Below are positions 18,801-32,209 of a DNA stretch of 64,000 nucleotides, piece by piece. Within the stretch, counting starts at the first letter, position 1. Every line of letters starts with the position of its first letter. The position numbers and the translations under genes are program-made. The notes beneath the pieces are model-generated. The model was not told where the DNA came from and did no database searches. It saw only the letters and a program-made list of their open reading frames with translations. This DNA comes from a virus (taxonomy: Duplodnaviria; Caudoviricetes), in the IMG/VR virus record IMGVR_UViG_3300026549_000032, positions 154,382 through 218,381 of that record. The stretch is one strand, 5' to 3'.

Positions 18801-20305
18801 AAAGACCAAATAGAGGATTAAAGAAGTACATTAGAGTGATGAGTATAAAATCAGGTGATAACTAGGAGAATACCCAAAGAGAAAAAGTCTTTATGAAAAC
18901 GTCTGTTATGGTGGATAGGACTGTGAAAGGGAGAAAACACTCTCCTTTTCTTTTTTGTACCTTAGAAATGAAAATAATAAATAAACAATATGATAGTAAA
19001 TAGAAACCCAAATTTTATTGTCAAGACTGTAGAAGGTTTGACAATATGTATTGAAGATGAGTTTATTAAACGGACCCCTATCCCTGGTGATGGTGCAATT
19101 AAAATTAAAGTCGATTGGTCAACTTATGGAGAGGTTGCTAGTTGGCTTGCCGCGTATGATAAAGACGACATGGGTAAAATTACTAAAGATAATTTTGAGG
19201 AATTCAATGACGGTCAGTTTTTTGAGTGTGAGGAAAATATGATTCGAAACGGTGGTCTTTGGTTGTCTACTTTGTACGGAACTGGTGAAAAGTTTGACGC
19301 CCTGGATCACAATCAAAAACTCCCACCTGATACACCTTTCACTAAAATTGTAGCAAAAGGATGTAAGGCAAAGTGGGACGAGGAAGTTAGGGTAATTTCA
19401 ATTTATACAGGTCGACAGGGGCTACTGACTATTACTGTTTTCGATAAGGCCACTGGTCAGTGTATGTTCTCTTGGGCATGTCTTGAGTTGTTTTTAAATT
19501 ATAGATCGAGATAGTATGAGCGACGATATGACTTATGAAGAGTACTTGAGGCACGTCCATCCAGAGGCCTATACTCTTGGCGATTATGGTAAGTGGGTTA
19601 AATTTGGAGACTCTTATCCTCCGATAAATCCAAAAGGAGGCACGACAGTAGAAGTACTCTACGAAAATGGAAATCCTGGTTATGAATGGATTAATATGCA
19701 CGACGATGGAACCGTAAGATGGAGGGATTTTGATTTTAACCAAGAATTTTCATGGGGAGAATATGAAGAACACTATTGGCGATTCATTCCAGAAGACCCG
19801 CCAGGTAATTTCGGATATAACGTTGGGTAAGCGGTAACTTAGGTTACCGTTTTATTTTCTAATCGCCTTATGGATGTAATAAAATAAAAGTATGGTATGG
19901 CAAAGAAAATAATATTAGATCCTATTTGGGAATGTGAAACTATTCCTGATATGAAATTTGAAACAGAAGAAGACGCTGACAAGTTTGATAGCGTGCTAAG
20001 AAACTATATATCAAATAAAGAGGCTATATCTGAATTTGAGAAAGCAGAGAATGGTTTTCCTTCTTGGGCTGCGTTATGGAGACAGATAAGTATTGGAGAA
20101 TTCCATTTTAAACTTGAAGGAAAGTATTCAGATGAGCTTATCGCAGCTTGCGAAACTTGTTTTGAAGTTGGGGAGATTGCGATCATAGCGATTGCTATAC
20201 TCCTGTTATGGCTTATATATTTGATCACCTGCATCCAGATGTGGTTAAATTACTTCTTAAAGAAGGGCATAGATAAGAAAGAACAAATAAATAACTATTT
20301 AAAAT

Positions 20306-21391
20306 ATGGGAAGTTTTAATCATAAGTGTAATTTTTCACAACTCCCTGCTAAATGCGGTGATCGTATTGTCGTTTTGGTAGGTGTACGAATGACTAAAGA
20401 TGTAATGGATGCTGATGGTTTTGCACCTGGTAATTCTTTCACTCCGATTTCAGTTCCTATCCGAGGCGAATACAATGACTATGGTGGAATTGAGAATGTA
20501 GATATGACTCCGGGCATTGAGGCACTTGAGAAATACTTTGATATGGAGGTTGGAGAGCTAGTTGATCATGCAGAACGTATTACGTGTGGATGTGAGAGAC
20601 AGATTGGTGATGATTATGAGAAGATATGTAATCTCATCAATTCAGTCAAAGGATCTTCATACCACAAAGAGCATGGCTTAGAACTCTCGTACATTATGGA
20701 GCATGAAGCTGTATTTGATGATCTGATAGCTATGAATAACCTGGCTATTAAGGATAGAGAATACTGGAGATTACCTCATAGATTCTTGGAAGACCTCGGC
20801 TATACGAAGAATGTTATAGGAGAGCACAATCATTACGAAGTGATTAAGTGGACTCATGATAATCTTCCTGAGCTAAAAGAGGAGTGCTATGTTTGGAAAA
20901 CTAAAGACTTTAATGACTATGGTAAGACAAGTCATACTCTAGCAGACCTCTGTGAGTATATCGGAGCAGAAGTTCCAGAGAAATACAACGAGAAGTACTA
21001 TGAAGAAAGATTTAAGGCTGATATCGCTTTCTTAAGAGAAAAAGAGCAGCACTCTGGTGACATTGACTGGATATTTAGACACTCCGAAGATAATAACGAA
21101 TATTCATTCCTTCGTCATGCAGAGTTTGGTCTCTTCCATAGAGGCGAGAACTCAGGATGTACAGAATATCTCATCTGCTCGTTGGGCGAAAGAGACACTC
21201 ATATGGACATAAAGTACATGAAGGAGATTATTGAGGTTGGTCTGTTGTATGATGCAATGAATATGCTTCAGATGACTTGGGGAAATACGAATTATTATCG
21301 CCAAGATATTAACTACGACCTTCATGTTAGGTTCCTTGAGAAGTGTTTGTCTGTGGTGAAGGAGAAGAAAAGAAAGTATGAAGAGGAGTAA
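20306..21391 (+). CDS. hypothetical phage protein (MGSFNxxC...GEYNDYG)
   Basis: 361-aa ORF; N-terminal motif recalled from uncharacterised phage proteins. Confidence 0.5.
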   Translation: MGSFNHKCNFSQLPAKCGDRIVVLVGVRMTKDVMDADGFAPGNSFTPISVPIRGEYNDYGGIENVDMTPGIEALEKYFDMEVGELVDHAERITCGCERQIGDDYEKICNLINSVKGSSYHKEHGLELSYIMEHEAVFDDLIAMNNLAIKDREYWRLPHRFLEDLGYTKNVIGEHNHYEVIKWTHDNLPELKEECYVWKTKDFNDYGKTSHTLADLCEYIGAEVPEKYNEKYYEERFKADIAFLREKEQHSGDIDWIFRHSEDNNEYSFLRHAEFGLFHRGENSGCTEYLICSLGERDTHMDIKYMKEIIEVGLLYDAMNMLQMTWGNTNYYRQDINYDLHVRFLEKCLSVVKEKKRKYEEE

Positions 21392-24300
21392 GAAGATAAC
21401 AGACAATTACGTACTCTTAGGTGATGATGTAACTAACGAAGATCAATCAGTAGAGCTGAGAGAAGCAGGATTAGACCTCTCTATAGCAGACCATACTTGG
21501 CGAGTAGTTTACTATGACAGAGAACTAGACATGGCAGATTGGGAGGTTGAGAAAGTTGAATACCGTCAGTCAGAATTTATCATTCAGGCTATGGGAAAAG
21601 ATCCAACTAAATCAATATATCCCGCCTGGTCATTACTGTCTCTTATGTCTTGGGTAGCTACTAAAGGAGAATGGACATTAGTATCGAATGGTACACTGAA
21701 GTTTAGATATAATGATCCTGGAATGTCTGGGATTACTTTGGAAAGTCCTAGAGAATGTGACTTATTGAATTTATTTGTGCAATTAACGTTAAAATTATTA
21801 AAGAAATAGGCATGATCGATAAAGTATATATGACCGACTCTACTTTAAAAGAGAAGGAACTTAAAGTATTGGGAACTGATCTTTTTAGGTCAGACTTAAT
21901 CCTTGTAGATGTCGGTAATGGAACCTATGAACAAGTTAGTGCTAGATCCCTTGCTTACGGTGGCAGGTATTCATATTTTCGAAAGGACGGACTTGTGTAT
22001 CTATCTGCTAAGCCTGTTCCCTCTGGGAGTCAGCGTTTAGATAAATTAAGACTTGAGGATAGGATTTCTTTTATACTAGTCGATAAATTTAACAACGGTG
22101 CATTTTTCTTAGAAAGAAAATCTGAATCTAGTTTAAAAAGTACAGAGTCATCGTATAAAGAAATGAAAGCTAGAGTCTTTATCTTCCGTGACCCAGATAG
22201 ATTACACAGATTTCTATTAGAGGAGGATCTGTGGGAGGATATGGTTAAGAGAGTAGATGCTGAAGTAGAGAGACGAAAAGAGAAAGTCAGAGAGAAAAAG
22301 ACTTTAACCGAAGATGAAAAGAAATTCTTAAGCTCTCAGCAATCAGGATCCCTAGAAGAAGGGAAGACATATTATGTAAGTTACGGACAACAGATAGAGA
22401 AAATTACTATTAAAGAGAAACTATTAGAGAGTGGTAATCTTTATCTCCTCGACAATGGTAGGTACTTCAGTTGGTGTTATGGACGTATTTATAATATGCC
22501 GCCGTTGGAAAATATGAGGCCTATTCCCGTAATAGCAGACTTAGCAGATCCTAATAACTATTTAGAGGATTCATTGGAAGAAGCGAAGGATAGATTAAAA
22601 ACTCTCAAAAGTTTCTTTGACGATCCATGGAAGAAGGATACCTTGGATGTTCGAGTACTAGGAAAATCAAAGATAATGAAATCTATTAAGAAGAAATATA
22701 ATTATAGAATTTTTATAGAATGAGTTTTGGCTCATTCTTTCTTTTCACTCCCTTAATTTTGTATGGAAAGAATAACAGATAGAAAATGGTTGCAGAAAGA
22801 AAACAACCTAATAGGAAAAACGCTATGTATTATCTGTAGAGGATTTAATGGTGTAAATCCCGAAGACGGTGTGCACACCCTTAGATTCTCTAGCACAGAG
22901 TATGCTATTGATGTAGAGAGGATTGATCCTGATCATATGAAGGCAGTTGACTATATCTATGGCAAGAATGTGATTATAGTTGACTGTGCGCCTCCTACAT
23001 TAGAGAGGGAAACTCCATCTATATCAACTACAGACTGCTTGATCATTGACTACTTCCACCCAGGCGAATTTGAGAAGTATGAATACTACATCATGACTAG
23101 GGAGGAAGCCATCGAGCAAATAAAGAATTATAATCAGCAAATCGTTGGTGACTTGTTTAAGTTATGAAGAAAATACGAGTTGGCTTTGGTACTAATGGAG
23201 ACATCTACGAAGACTTAGAGAAATGTAAAGCTTGTAACTTCTGTACTCACTTTATGGGTTATGGTCTTCATTGGTGCGCTGGAAAGTGCCTTAAGAAGAA
23301 CAAAGAGATAGAGGGCGGTTATACTGGTAATTACAGGAAGACTGCCATGGAATGTGACTCCTTTGATTGTAGGCCAGACCTATTAGTAGATGTGTAGATA
23401 CAAGGTTAAGCACAAGTGTATTAAACAGGACAGTTACTCTGGGTTCTTGGATGGAGAGGTTTATAGTATTGAACCTGCCAAGGGACTTGAGAGTTGTGCT
23501 GTTCTAGTGAGAGGGAAACTTGTGGTAGAAGTTAATGGGAAAACTACAATCACCGAAGGAGTTGTAATTCCGAACGATGTAATAAGTGAATATTTCAAAG
23601 TAAATGTTGATAGATAAGATTTGTAGCTTATTTAAAGGCGACGAAGAAAAGATAGTAATATTTGATAACAAATATTCGATAAAAGACCTGGATAAGATAC
23701 GAACAGGAAAGAAGGAAGATTCAACCTTAGAATTTCTTGAGTCAGATCTAGATTATATCTGTGATTGTTCAACGGTTCCCTTCTTTGAAGATTACAGGTG
23801 GACATTTAAGAACAAACAAACTGGTCAGAAGGTCGATGTCTATGTTAGGTATAGATCTGATCCAGGAACTATAGAATTTATGGATGGACAAGATAGTATA
23901 CTCCTATATAAATTAAAATCATGAAACCAACAGTAGCATCAATTTTATATCTAGTATTTATTATAATCCTATTTATAACATACCATACTCACAATTCTGA
24001 CTTTGAATCCACAGTAGTCGGATTGCTTGTTATAATTGGGTGTCAGAATTTCAGTAGTCAAACTAATAATAACAGATAATATGATAGTAAAAGAACCGTT
24101 TACAATCGAAGGCTACTTAGGCGGTTATAAAGACGCAACAGTAGTCGACAAGAAAGGAAAGAAGGTCGATGTAGAAGGCCTGACTCTTCACGAACTTTCT
24201 AAGAAGCAGGAAAAGGAAGAACTGTTCTTCCAAATAGAAGTCCCAGACAGATCTCTATACCTCGTCAAAAATACAGAGGTGTCAGACCGAGCCAAAGATT

Positions 24301-27300
24301 TTATTAAAACTATGAGGTCTCGTGAAGATGTAGAGAAAATTGCAGGATGGTTTATGAGCCTGGTTGGCTATTTCGGCCACTATGCATTTTTCACAAAGGA
24401 ACTTTGGAGAAAAGTTAAAGGCTTCGAAAAGGAAGACGAAGCAGAAGTCATTCTGGCCTTTATTCAGTGGTGGTTTAGAAATGAATTTGGCCTACAGACT
24501 CAACCCTGTGGTTGTGGGTGGTATGGTCACTTCTCAAAATACACTGAGGATGATGAAAGTTTTGAAGATTACATTGAGAGGTACAGACCTGTTTTTGAGG
24601 CCTTCACTGACTGGTGTTGTAAACGAAGATAAGACACGACTAACAATGTCGTGTTTATTTTTATCAGGCTTAACCTTACATATGATATGAGTAAAAATAT
24701 GAAAATAGAAGACTTAGCAAAAGAGTATTCTGATAAAAGAGTAGCGGAGAGCCCTAACAACGAATACAAGAATTATTCTCAAACAAAACAGAAGGAACTT
24801 ACACATTTCGATGGCTATGATATTGAACAAGCCTATGAAGATGGAGGGAAAGCTGTTTTAGAGAAGATTATGCAGGCTATTCGCGATAAGAAGACAGGAA
24901 CTAGATTTGGTGATGTGATAGATTGCATTAGAGAACTTAGAGGAGATGATTGAGAAGAAATATATCTTAGACAAGAAAACCTTGACCTTTTTCAAGGCCT
25001 ACATTGAGCCACAACATGAGTGGAGTAGGATGAGAATCGGTTCTGGGGAATGGGTTAAAGTTTTCAACGACATTAATCCTAAGACTGGTGAAAGAACTGG
25101 AAAGGGTTATGAAGAGGATTGTATATTTGGATCGGCCAAGGAAGGTAAGAAAGGCCTGATTAAGTATATTGAAGGTCTGGTGAGTAATAATCACAATAAG
25201 ATAAACCAACTCCGGGCTGAGAATTTAAAGTATTTGGAATTAATTGCTAAACTGAAAAATGAGTAACGAAGATTACATTAAAGAGTATCCCCACTTGTTT
25301 AAAGATGACATAGATAAGTGGTTATTTACTGAATGTAGTATCATGGGCGGTGCTTGCTCGTCTATTGAGAGCCTACGGTATTCTGTGGCAAGAGGAATTG
25401 CCGAGAAACTCTGGCGAGACGATGCTCCACGAAAGCCAATCAAAGTATATCGCGTAGAAAATGAGGCTGAAGAGAAAGGTCTCTGGCGTAAGTTTGACGG
25501 AACGTGGGAACCACTGTTCGACATGCTGACGGATGGTAAGTGTAAGGACATGCCAATGGAATTTAGTCCCTTGTATAGCGAGGGCGGGAAGGCATGGTTT
25601 GCTAGTGCACCCAGTAAAGAAACCCTACAGGAATGGTTCAGTAGGAGAGACCTAGTAGAGCTCTTGAACGCTGGATTTACTATCTCCGAGTTCATTGTAA
25701 CAAACTACAAGAAGGTCAGTGATTATGAGTATATCTTCACAAGAGATAGTATCTTATGTAGGTCCTACCTTGGCGTCGAGGACATATACCCGACAGACTT
25801 TGTTGGAAAATCAATAGAGTTCTGGACTGGATGTATAGAAGATTGCATGTCTAGGTACATGGAAACGTGGGACCCAGAGATGAAAGAGAAGACTATAGAG
25901 AACTTTCGTAAATTCTTAGAGAAAGATGACGCTGGCTGAGAAAAGAATAATTCAAGGTGAGATTAAGAGACTTAAGGGAAGTGGTTGTGCATCACCTCTG
26001 TCAGTCCTAGACGATCTTGATGCTTTCGTTGAAAATTTGGCAGAGGAATTTATTGAGCCTGACTTCCAGAAACATGCTGAGATATGGTTGAACTACTTTG
26101 TCGAGAGAAACGACAGTGTTAAGCGGAAGTTAGTCTATGAGACGGCTAAGGAATTTGCTAAGTGGCAAAGAGAGCAGCTGAATAAAGTCTATATATTAGT
26201 TGGCTATAAAGCTGCCACTGAACCATATGGCCCTCAAGACAGTGATATTCTTGGTTATTGCTTTACTGAAGAAAAATGTAAAGAATTGCATGAGAGGCTC
26301 ACTGATAAGTATATCCCAAAATACCTGGATCATTCAACCTGTAGTATGATAGGTTGGAAGTTTAAGGGTAAATTCGAAGACTTTCTCAAAAACCGAGATT
26401 ATATTCTAAAGGACGTTAGTGATGAAGAGCTTAGGAAAGATTGGGATAAGTGCGGTAGAAGTACAAGTTTCGACCCAATATATGTAATGATAGGTTGGGA
26501 AGAGGTTGAACTAATTACTGATGAACTTCCTAAGTGCCGATATACTGGTGCTGTTTACGTAGAATAAAGAATTATGACAGACTTAGAAAAAGTAATAGCA
26601 GAGATTGAGAGACGTAGGGAGATTAACTTTAACGTCAGCCAACAGTGTAGATTACAAGAAGATGATGAAATTATCAGCTATATCAAGACTCTCATAAAGA
26701 GAAGAAAAGAGCCCGCCGAAGAAGGTGGTGCTAATCCTTCTCTGATCGAGAAAGCAACTAGGTGGTTTGATAATATCGTCGATGAGTGCCAAAAGCTGAC
26801 GACCGGAAATGTATCTCACATAGGGACACAGATAAAAGGCATGGCTAAGAGGTCTGCCGAGTACTTACGCAGACACAAGGATGATCCTACTAACACAGAT
26901 TTCAAGAAGGAGTTGAATGAATGGTGTAGATATACTCATCAGAATGCCATAGTTGCGACGGCTGTTCACTTCGCTAATTGGCAGAAAGAGCAGATAATGA
27001 GAGAAGCTGTTGATGGTTATGTAAGTAAAGAAGATTCGTCTATTGTCTTTACCGATGCAGAGATGGGAACAGATAAAGTTAAAGTAATGGCTGTATGACT
27101 GAAAAAGAAATAATCAGAGAAGAGGTAAGGAGACGGAGAAAAGAGAATTTTGATCATTCTCAGCAGGCAAAAGCATTGGAGGACGATGATATTCTCTACT
27201 TCATTGACAATATGCCCACCGAAGAAGAGAAGAAACAGTCACAGTGGTTGAAAGAACTCCAGGATAAACTGGATAATGCCACTGATGAAGAGATAAAAAA

Positions 27301-27377
27301 GTGGTGGGAGAAGTATTTCAAAGACAGAGAGGAAAAGAAACCTCTTTGGAAAAGAGTATTTAGCTGGATTAGGAGAG

Positions 27378-27779
27378 ATGCTGTTTAAAAGTCAATACGA
27401 TATTGGTCAAAGTGTGTGGGCAGTTCAGCAACAATATGAACCTGTTCGTAACGCCTGCAAGCTTTGTCATGGAAAAGGAATGGTTCAGATAGTTGGCTCA
27501 GAAAAACTAGCCGTCTGTCCAGAATGTAAAGGACATGGTTATTTCGACGGTGGAGCCATTTATCGATGGGTTCTTGGCATACACTCAGTGGTCGGTCAGA
27601 TTAATATTAAAGCTGTAAAAACACCTAATAAAGGAATTATTACGACAGTTGAGTACATGCTGAGAGACTCTGGAATTGGAAGCGGGTCTATTTGGAAAGA
27701 AGATCAACTCTTCTTGACAAAAGAGGAGGCCGAAGCCTACTGTGATAGAATGAATGAATTGGAAAGTTCTAGCAAGTGA
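27378..27779 (+). CDS. DnaJ-type zinc-finger protein
   Basis: Two CxxCxGxG repeats (CKLCHGKG, CPECKGHG). Confidence 0.6.
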   Translation: MLFKSQYDIGQSVWAVQQQYEPVRNACKLCHGKGMVQIVGSEKLAVCPECKGHGYFDGGAIYRWVLGIHSVVGQINIKAVKTPNKGIITTVEYMLRDSGIGSGSIWKEDQLFLTKEEAEAYCDRMNELESSSK

Positions 27780-28164
27780 TTCGGTATCGCTGGCCTTCAG
27801 AGAATCCATAAAATTCTATAACAGCCTTTGGAAAAAGGGTTTAGGACCGTATCCACCATATGTAGCAGGAGAGTATGTCTGGCAAGACATACGATTGATT
27901 CCTGGAACTAATATAATAATATTAATTCCTTATGACTACCAAGATGGTACGTACGGAGTGATTGGGGAATTTGATGGCTGGAAATATGTGCAACCAATCT
28001 TAATTACATGTATTGCTGAATTACATAGATATTTGAATGTGGTTAGTAATGATATCTACAAAGCGTTGGTTCATATACTGAGCGAACATACTGCGATAGT
28101 AGCAGATTATTCAATCTTAACTACAGATATTCCAGACGCAATACCTATAACGAGCAATTATTGA
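27754..28164 (+). CDS. MxW family protein, weakly capsid-segment-like
   Basis: MNWKV; YVAG and IGEFDG motifs. Confidence 0.45.
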   Translation: MNWKVLASDSVSLAFRESIKFYNSLWKKGLGPYPPYVAGEYVWQDIRLIPGTNIIILIPYDYQDGTYGVIGEFDGWKYVQPILITCIAELHRYLNVVSNDIYKALVHILSEHTAIVADYSILTTDIPDAIPITSNY

Positions 28165-28168
28165 TAGT

Positions 28169-28789
28169 ATGAAGTGGAAAAAGAAAATAAGATTCGAAAG
28201 GTTTGTTATTAACCTAAGAGAATTAGATGACGGTTGGAAACCTAAGGAGACCCTCGATTCCATGATAATTAAGGCTGAATGTAAGCTGGCAATTAAAACA
28301 GTTAAAGGAAATAGTCCAAATCTGATTATAGCCGGATCGAGACTCCTAGAAGAGTTTAAGAAGAGTAGCCTATGGGATGACACCCTTAGCATTAACGTAC
28401 TAGGGCCTATACCAGCTACAGATATAGTTAATGAATTTGGAACTGAATGTGAAGGATTCTACAAAGGGATTACTGTTTACTCTTCTGATGATATCCCAGA
28501 TAACGAAGGGTATCTAATAGGAAACTGCTCTGGTGTTAATCATGGGCCTGGAATATTGAGGTTAGTTTGGGAAGATGGTACTGAACCAGATAAGAAAGTC
28601 TCTATGAAACTAAGCCATCTTGAACTAACTATGCTCTTGGATTCTCCTAGATTAACCACTAGATTGAGAGAATACTTACTAGAGAAAGACCTCGGTTTCT
28701 GGGGAAAGGCTGGATTTTTCAGAAAGTATAACTGGGATCATTTCTCAACAGAAGAGTTGCTTGAAATCTATCAGGCAATAAAGGAGTAA
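28169..28789 (+). CDS. MxW family protein with gp23-like capsid segment
   Basis: LAIKTVKGNSPNLIIAGS...EGFYKGITVYSSDDIPDNEGYLIG resembles gp23 IARQTGRGEGNFIIAS...GVLGGKYRVYID. Confidence 0.55.
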   Translation: MKWKKKIRFERFVINLRELDDGWKPKETLDSMIIKAECKLAIKTVKGNSPNLIIAGSRLLEEFKKSSLWDDTLSINVLGPIPATDIVNEFGTECEGFYKGITVYSSDDIPDNEGYLIGNCSGVNHGPGILRLVWEDGTEPDKKVSMKLSHLELTMLLDSPRLTTRLREYLLEKDLGFWGKAGFFRKYNWDHFSTEELLEIYQAIKE

Positions 28790-29909
28790 ATCTCCTTTTT
28801 ATTTTCACAGCCTTATAAGAGAAGATAAACATAAGAATATATGAAAAAGATCGAAAAATTAGAGAACGGTAAATTTATTTTTGATTTTGATAAATATTTT
28901 TCGTTGCCAGAGGCCATTAAGGGTCAACTACACGAAGAAGGTGACCTGAGTGACGAGGCTATCTTGAAACTTGTTACCTACTGCTATGGAACTAAGGAAG
29001 ATAATCCAAGCTTTACTGACAAGCAATGGAAGAAGTATCTAAACCAATGGATAGAGGATGTAAGAAACTACAAACCCGGCGAGAAGTGTGTATGCCAAAC
29101 AGTGCATGAATATTCTGGCAGTACTAGGGTTGGTGAAGGTGGAAGATATACTTGTTTGAGTATGAACTCAAGCATTGACAATCAAACTGGAAAACGAAGC
29201 TATTACCTAGAAGCTTCTGGAGATGATCAAGATTTCTTAAGTATTCGATATTGTCCTATCTGTGGAAGAAAATTATGGTAGATAATTTAGTAAACCCTTT
29301 CATCGGATATAAACCGCCTTTCGAGTTTGACGGGCATAGTTATATATTTACAGATGAAGGTTCCATGGCTCTTTGTAGCCAGAACTGGGACGATGTAGAA
29401 GATATTCTTGAGAGAGTAGAAGGCCTCCTGAATAAAAAGAGAGAAGACTATTTTGAAGCTATTGGAACTACTGAGAGCGATCCTTGTGCATTGAAGATAG
29501 ACAACGTTTGGTTTATCATTCGTGGTTGGGGTCACCTGACGGGAACTGGTGCAATGAATCTCCCTCAGAAGGAGGCTTGTGAAATACAAGATGCTTTCAG
29601 AGATTGGCTTATCGCTCGGTTGAAAGGTAAGGAGAGTCCTTATGACATCTACTATCAGGAAGCTAAAGATAGAGTTATTCCAATCCCAGAACCCGAACCA
29701 GAACCTGAGATTCCCGAAGATGCTAAGTATACAGAGATAATTTTGGAAGAAGGGGAAGAACTTCCTGATCTCTGGTCTACGGCGCAGATTCGAATTAAGA
29801 AAGTCCCTAAGGGTTGGAGAAAGAAACAGGAGAGGAAGAAACGGCTAGAAATGTTAGCCGTTCAACAGCCTTTCTATACTAGATTCTTGAGACTAAGGAG
29901 GAAGAAAAG

Positions 29910-30197
29910 ATGACATTGATAATTTACATAGTTGTTGCTTTCATCAATGTTGTACTTCACATACTCAGAAGCATACTAGTTATTAAGTCAGGTAAACTCC
30001 TGGCTTCTTTTGCGAACTGTGTCTGCTACACATTCTCGGCCGTTGTTATAAAGTTTATAGCAGAGGTTGATCTCATGACAGCCATTATTGTACAGGCGGC
30101 CACTAATTTCTTAGGATGTTGGGTTGGTATGACCCTCGGTGACTGGATAACAGAGAAATATGGTGTTCAAAGATTTAACAGCAAGAATAACACTTGA
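29910..30197 (+). CDS. small multi-pass membrane protein
   Basis: About 3 hydrophobic helices. Confidence 0.6.
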   Translation: MTLIIYIVVAFINVVLHILRSILVIKSGKLLASFANCVCYTFSAVVIKFIAEVDLMTAIIVQAATNFLGCWVGMTLGDWITEKYGVQRFNSKNNT

Positions 30198-30522
30198 CCT
30201 GAGAAGATCAGAACCAGGGGCAGAGAGAAAAGTAGATTTCTTGAAACGCTTAGATGAGACTTTTGAGAAGAAAATCATTAACCACCTGAACAGGATGGGG
30301 TACAAGCCTTTTTCGATGTTTGTCAAAGAGAAAGATATGGGGCTTTTCTCATGTAGTCGTAATTTCGACAATGATGGAGGTACTTACTTTGGACTTAAAG
30401 TCTTTGCTTCTAACAACATGATCAACCCAGAGTATGGAGTTTTCGTGACGGGAAGGAATCAAAAACGACCAACCCCAACAAAGATCATCAGCAGTTTAAT
30501 ACCTTACGACTTGTTGCTATGA
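30160..30522 (+). CDS. MxF family protein, capsid-segment-like
   Basis: MVFKD; ITLDL...GGTYFGLKVF. Confidence 0.45.
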   Translation: MVFKDLTARITLDLRRSEPGAERKVDFLKRLDETFEKKIINHLNRMGYKPFSMFVKEKDMGLFSCSRNFDNDGGTYFGLKVFASNNMINPEYGVFVTGRNQKRPTPTKIISSLIPYDLLL

Positions 30523-30815
30523 TATTCAAATATCTAACTATACAATACCCACCCTTATTCGCAGATGATATAGACTACGAGATTGAGGAGAAGATATTTA
30601 ACGTAAATCCCGGCGTCTTAACATTCTATGTAGGGAAAGAAGTATTGGAAGTTCTTAAAGAATCTCCATACTACATAAGACGAGGTAAGTATTGTTCTGA
30701 TGGACGAACTGGAACTTATGATAAGAGAGCAGTTTTCTTAGTCGATTATCTCCTACCAACGGTTCTTGTAGCAGAAGGTCCGAGGGATGAAATGACGTTT
30801 AGAGTCTGTAAGTAA
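30519..30815 (+). CDS. MxF family protein, capsid-segment-like
   Basis: MIFKY; FYVGKEVLEVL...TGTYDKRAVFLVDY. Confidence 0.45.
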   Translation: MIFKYLTIQYPPLFADDIDYEIEEKIFNVNPGVLTFYVGKEVLEVLKESPYYIRRGKYCSDGRTGTYDKRAVFLVDYLLPTVLVAEGPRDEMTFRVCK

Positions 30816-31494
30816 GACTCTTTTCTTTTTGCCTTACCTATAGAAATTAAAAAATTTTAAGATATGTTTGAAGAAATAAAAGTAAAGAAAGTATTTCAGC
30901 TTGCACCAGAAAATGCACGCGAACCGATTATCACGACTACAGATGAAATAGAAGCTAGGAAAATGGCCGAACAGGCTAACAAAAATATAGCTTACATGAA
31001 AAAGATGCGAGAAGGATTGATCTCTCGCCCTGACTGGAAGGAGGTTATGGAAGATTTTGAAGAGAATGGGAAACTTCCAGAAGACTTCTATAAATACTTT
31101 ATGCTTTGTTATTTCAATTATGATTTCCTCGCCAAAGAGCATCTGTTCAAGATGGACTATGAAACCAATATAGAATGGATGGAGTATGAGACCAATACTT
31201 GGGTAGCCCTAGATAAGCGTGAAGTAGATGAAGATGAACGACACCACGACTGGGTTTCTTGTGGCTGTAATTGCTATATTCTTAATACAAAAGATTACTA
31301 TAAATTGTATATAGGAGATGAACCGCAGCACAGATCTGTCAAAATACCGAAGGATTATTCTTATGAAGACTTTAAGAAGGAAATGTCTGTAAGGCATACC
31401 AACAAAGAGATGGCAGAAAATCCAGTCTTAGACAGAATAGAACAAATTCTTACGTTTGAAGAGCATAGGATTATTTTCTGTGAACTAGATTAAG

Positions 31495-31857
31495 ATGATA
31501 TTTAAGAACATAGATATAGGAACACGGATAATCAAGATACCACATCTCTATAACTTAGAGCAATCGTTAAATCTTCTTGACTATGAGCTTGGAAGAGCTT
31601 GGTTTCTAGATTTTAAAAAGGGATTTAATAGAATACAAAGTATACTGTGTGGAATTAAAGTATACGACCTATTTGTATTCTATAATGATTTCAAGAAAAC
31701 CAATCCTGCTTCTGGTTGGAATACTGGATCTAACCCAATTAGATTAAGTAAGAGGTTAAAACCAGACCACATTTCTATTACTCTTGAAAAACCAAGTACG
31801 AATCCAGCATCTGATTGCCAAGTTGTAGAACTTGAACTTAGAATAATAGAAATATGA
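31495..31857 (+). CDS. MxF family protein, weakly capsid-segment-like
   Basis: MIFKN; SILCGIKVYDLF...GWNTGSNPIRLS. Confidence 0.4.
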   Translation: MIFKNIDIGTRIIKIPHLYNLEQSLNLLDYELGRAWFLDFKKGFNRIQSILCGIKVYDLFVFYNDFKKTNPASGWNTGSNPIRLSKRLKPDHISITLEKPSTNPASDCQVVELELRIIEI

Positions 31858-32209
31858 AAAAGAAAAGAGATTATACACCCCTAACAAGGGAATATTTCGA
31901 GAAAGCAGGCTATGACATTAAACTCGAGGATAGAGAGCCTTTAATGCCAGGACTTGAACCTTGGAAAGAGTGGGTTGCATACCTGAATAGGAGCCTAGAC
32001 AATGGTGATGAGGTCTATATTAAAGGGTATGTCACCAACTCAATGTACGAAGGAAGATTTGTCTTCACTGGTAACATAGGAAGTGACTTGCATGCTTGTG
32101 TTAGACTTTATACAGTCAATGACCTAATGAACTTATACGCTTTGGGTCATATAACACCAGATTTTAAACAAGTTCATGATAAACCCTATATAAACAAGGA
32201 TATTAAAAT

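Noticed and set aside
19897-20319. Possible frameshift near 20165 (alternative frame SWGDCDHSDCYTPV...)
   Set aside because: Both frames are open and plausible; this cannot be decided without homologs or reads.
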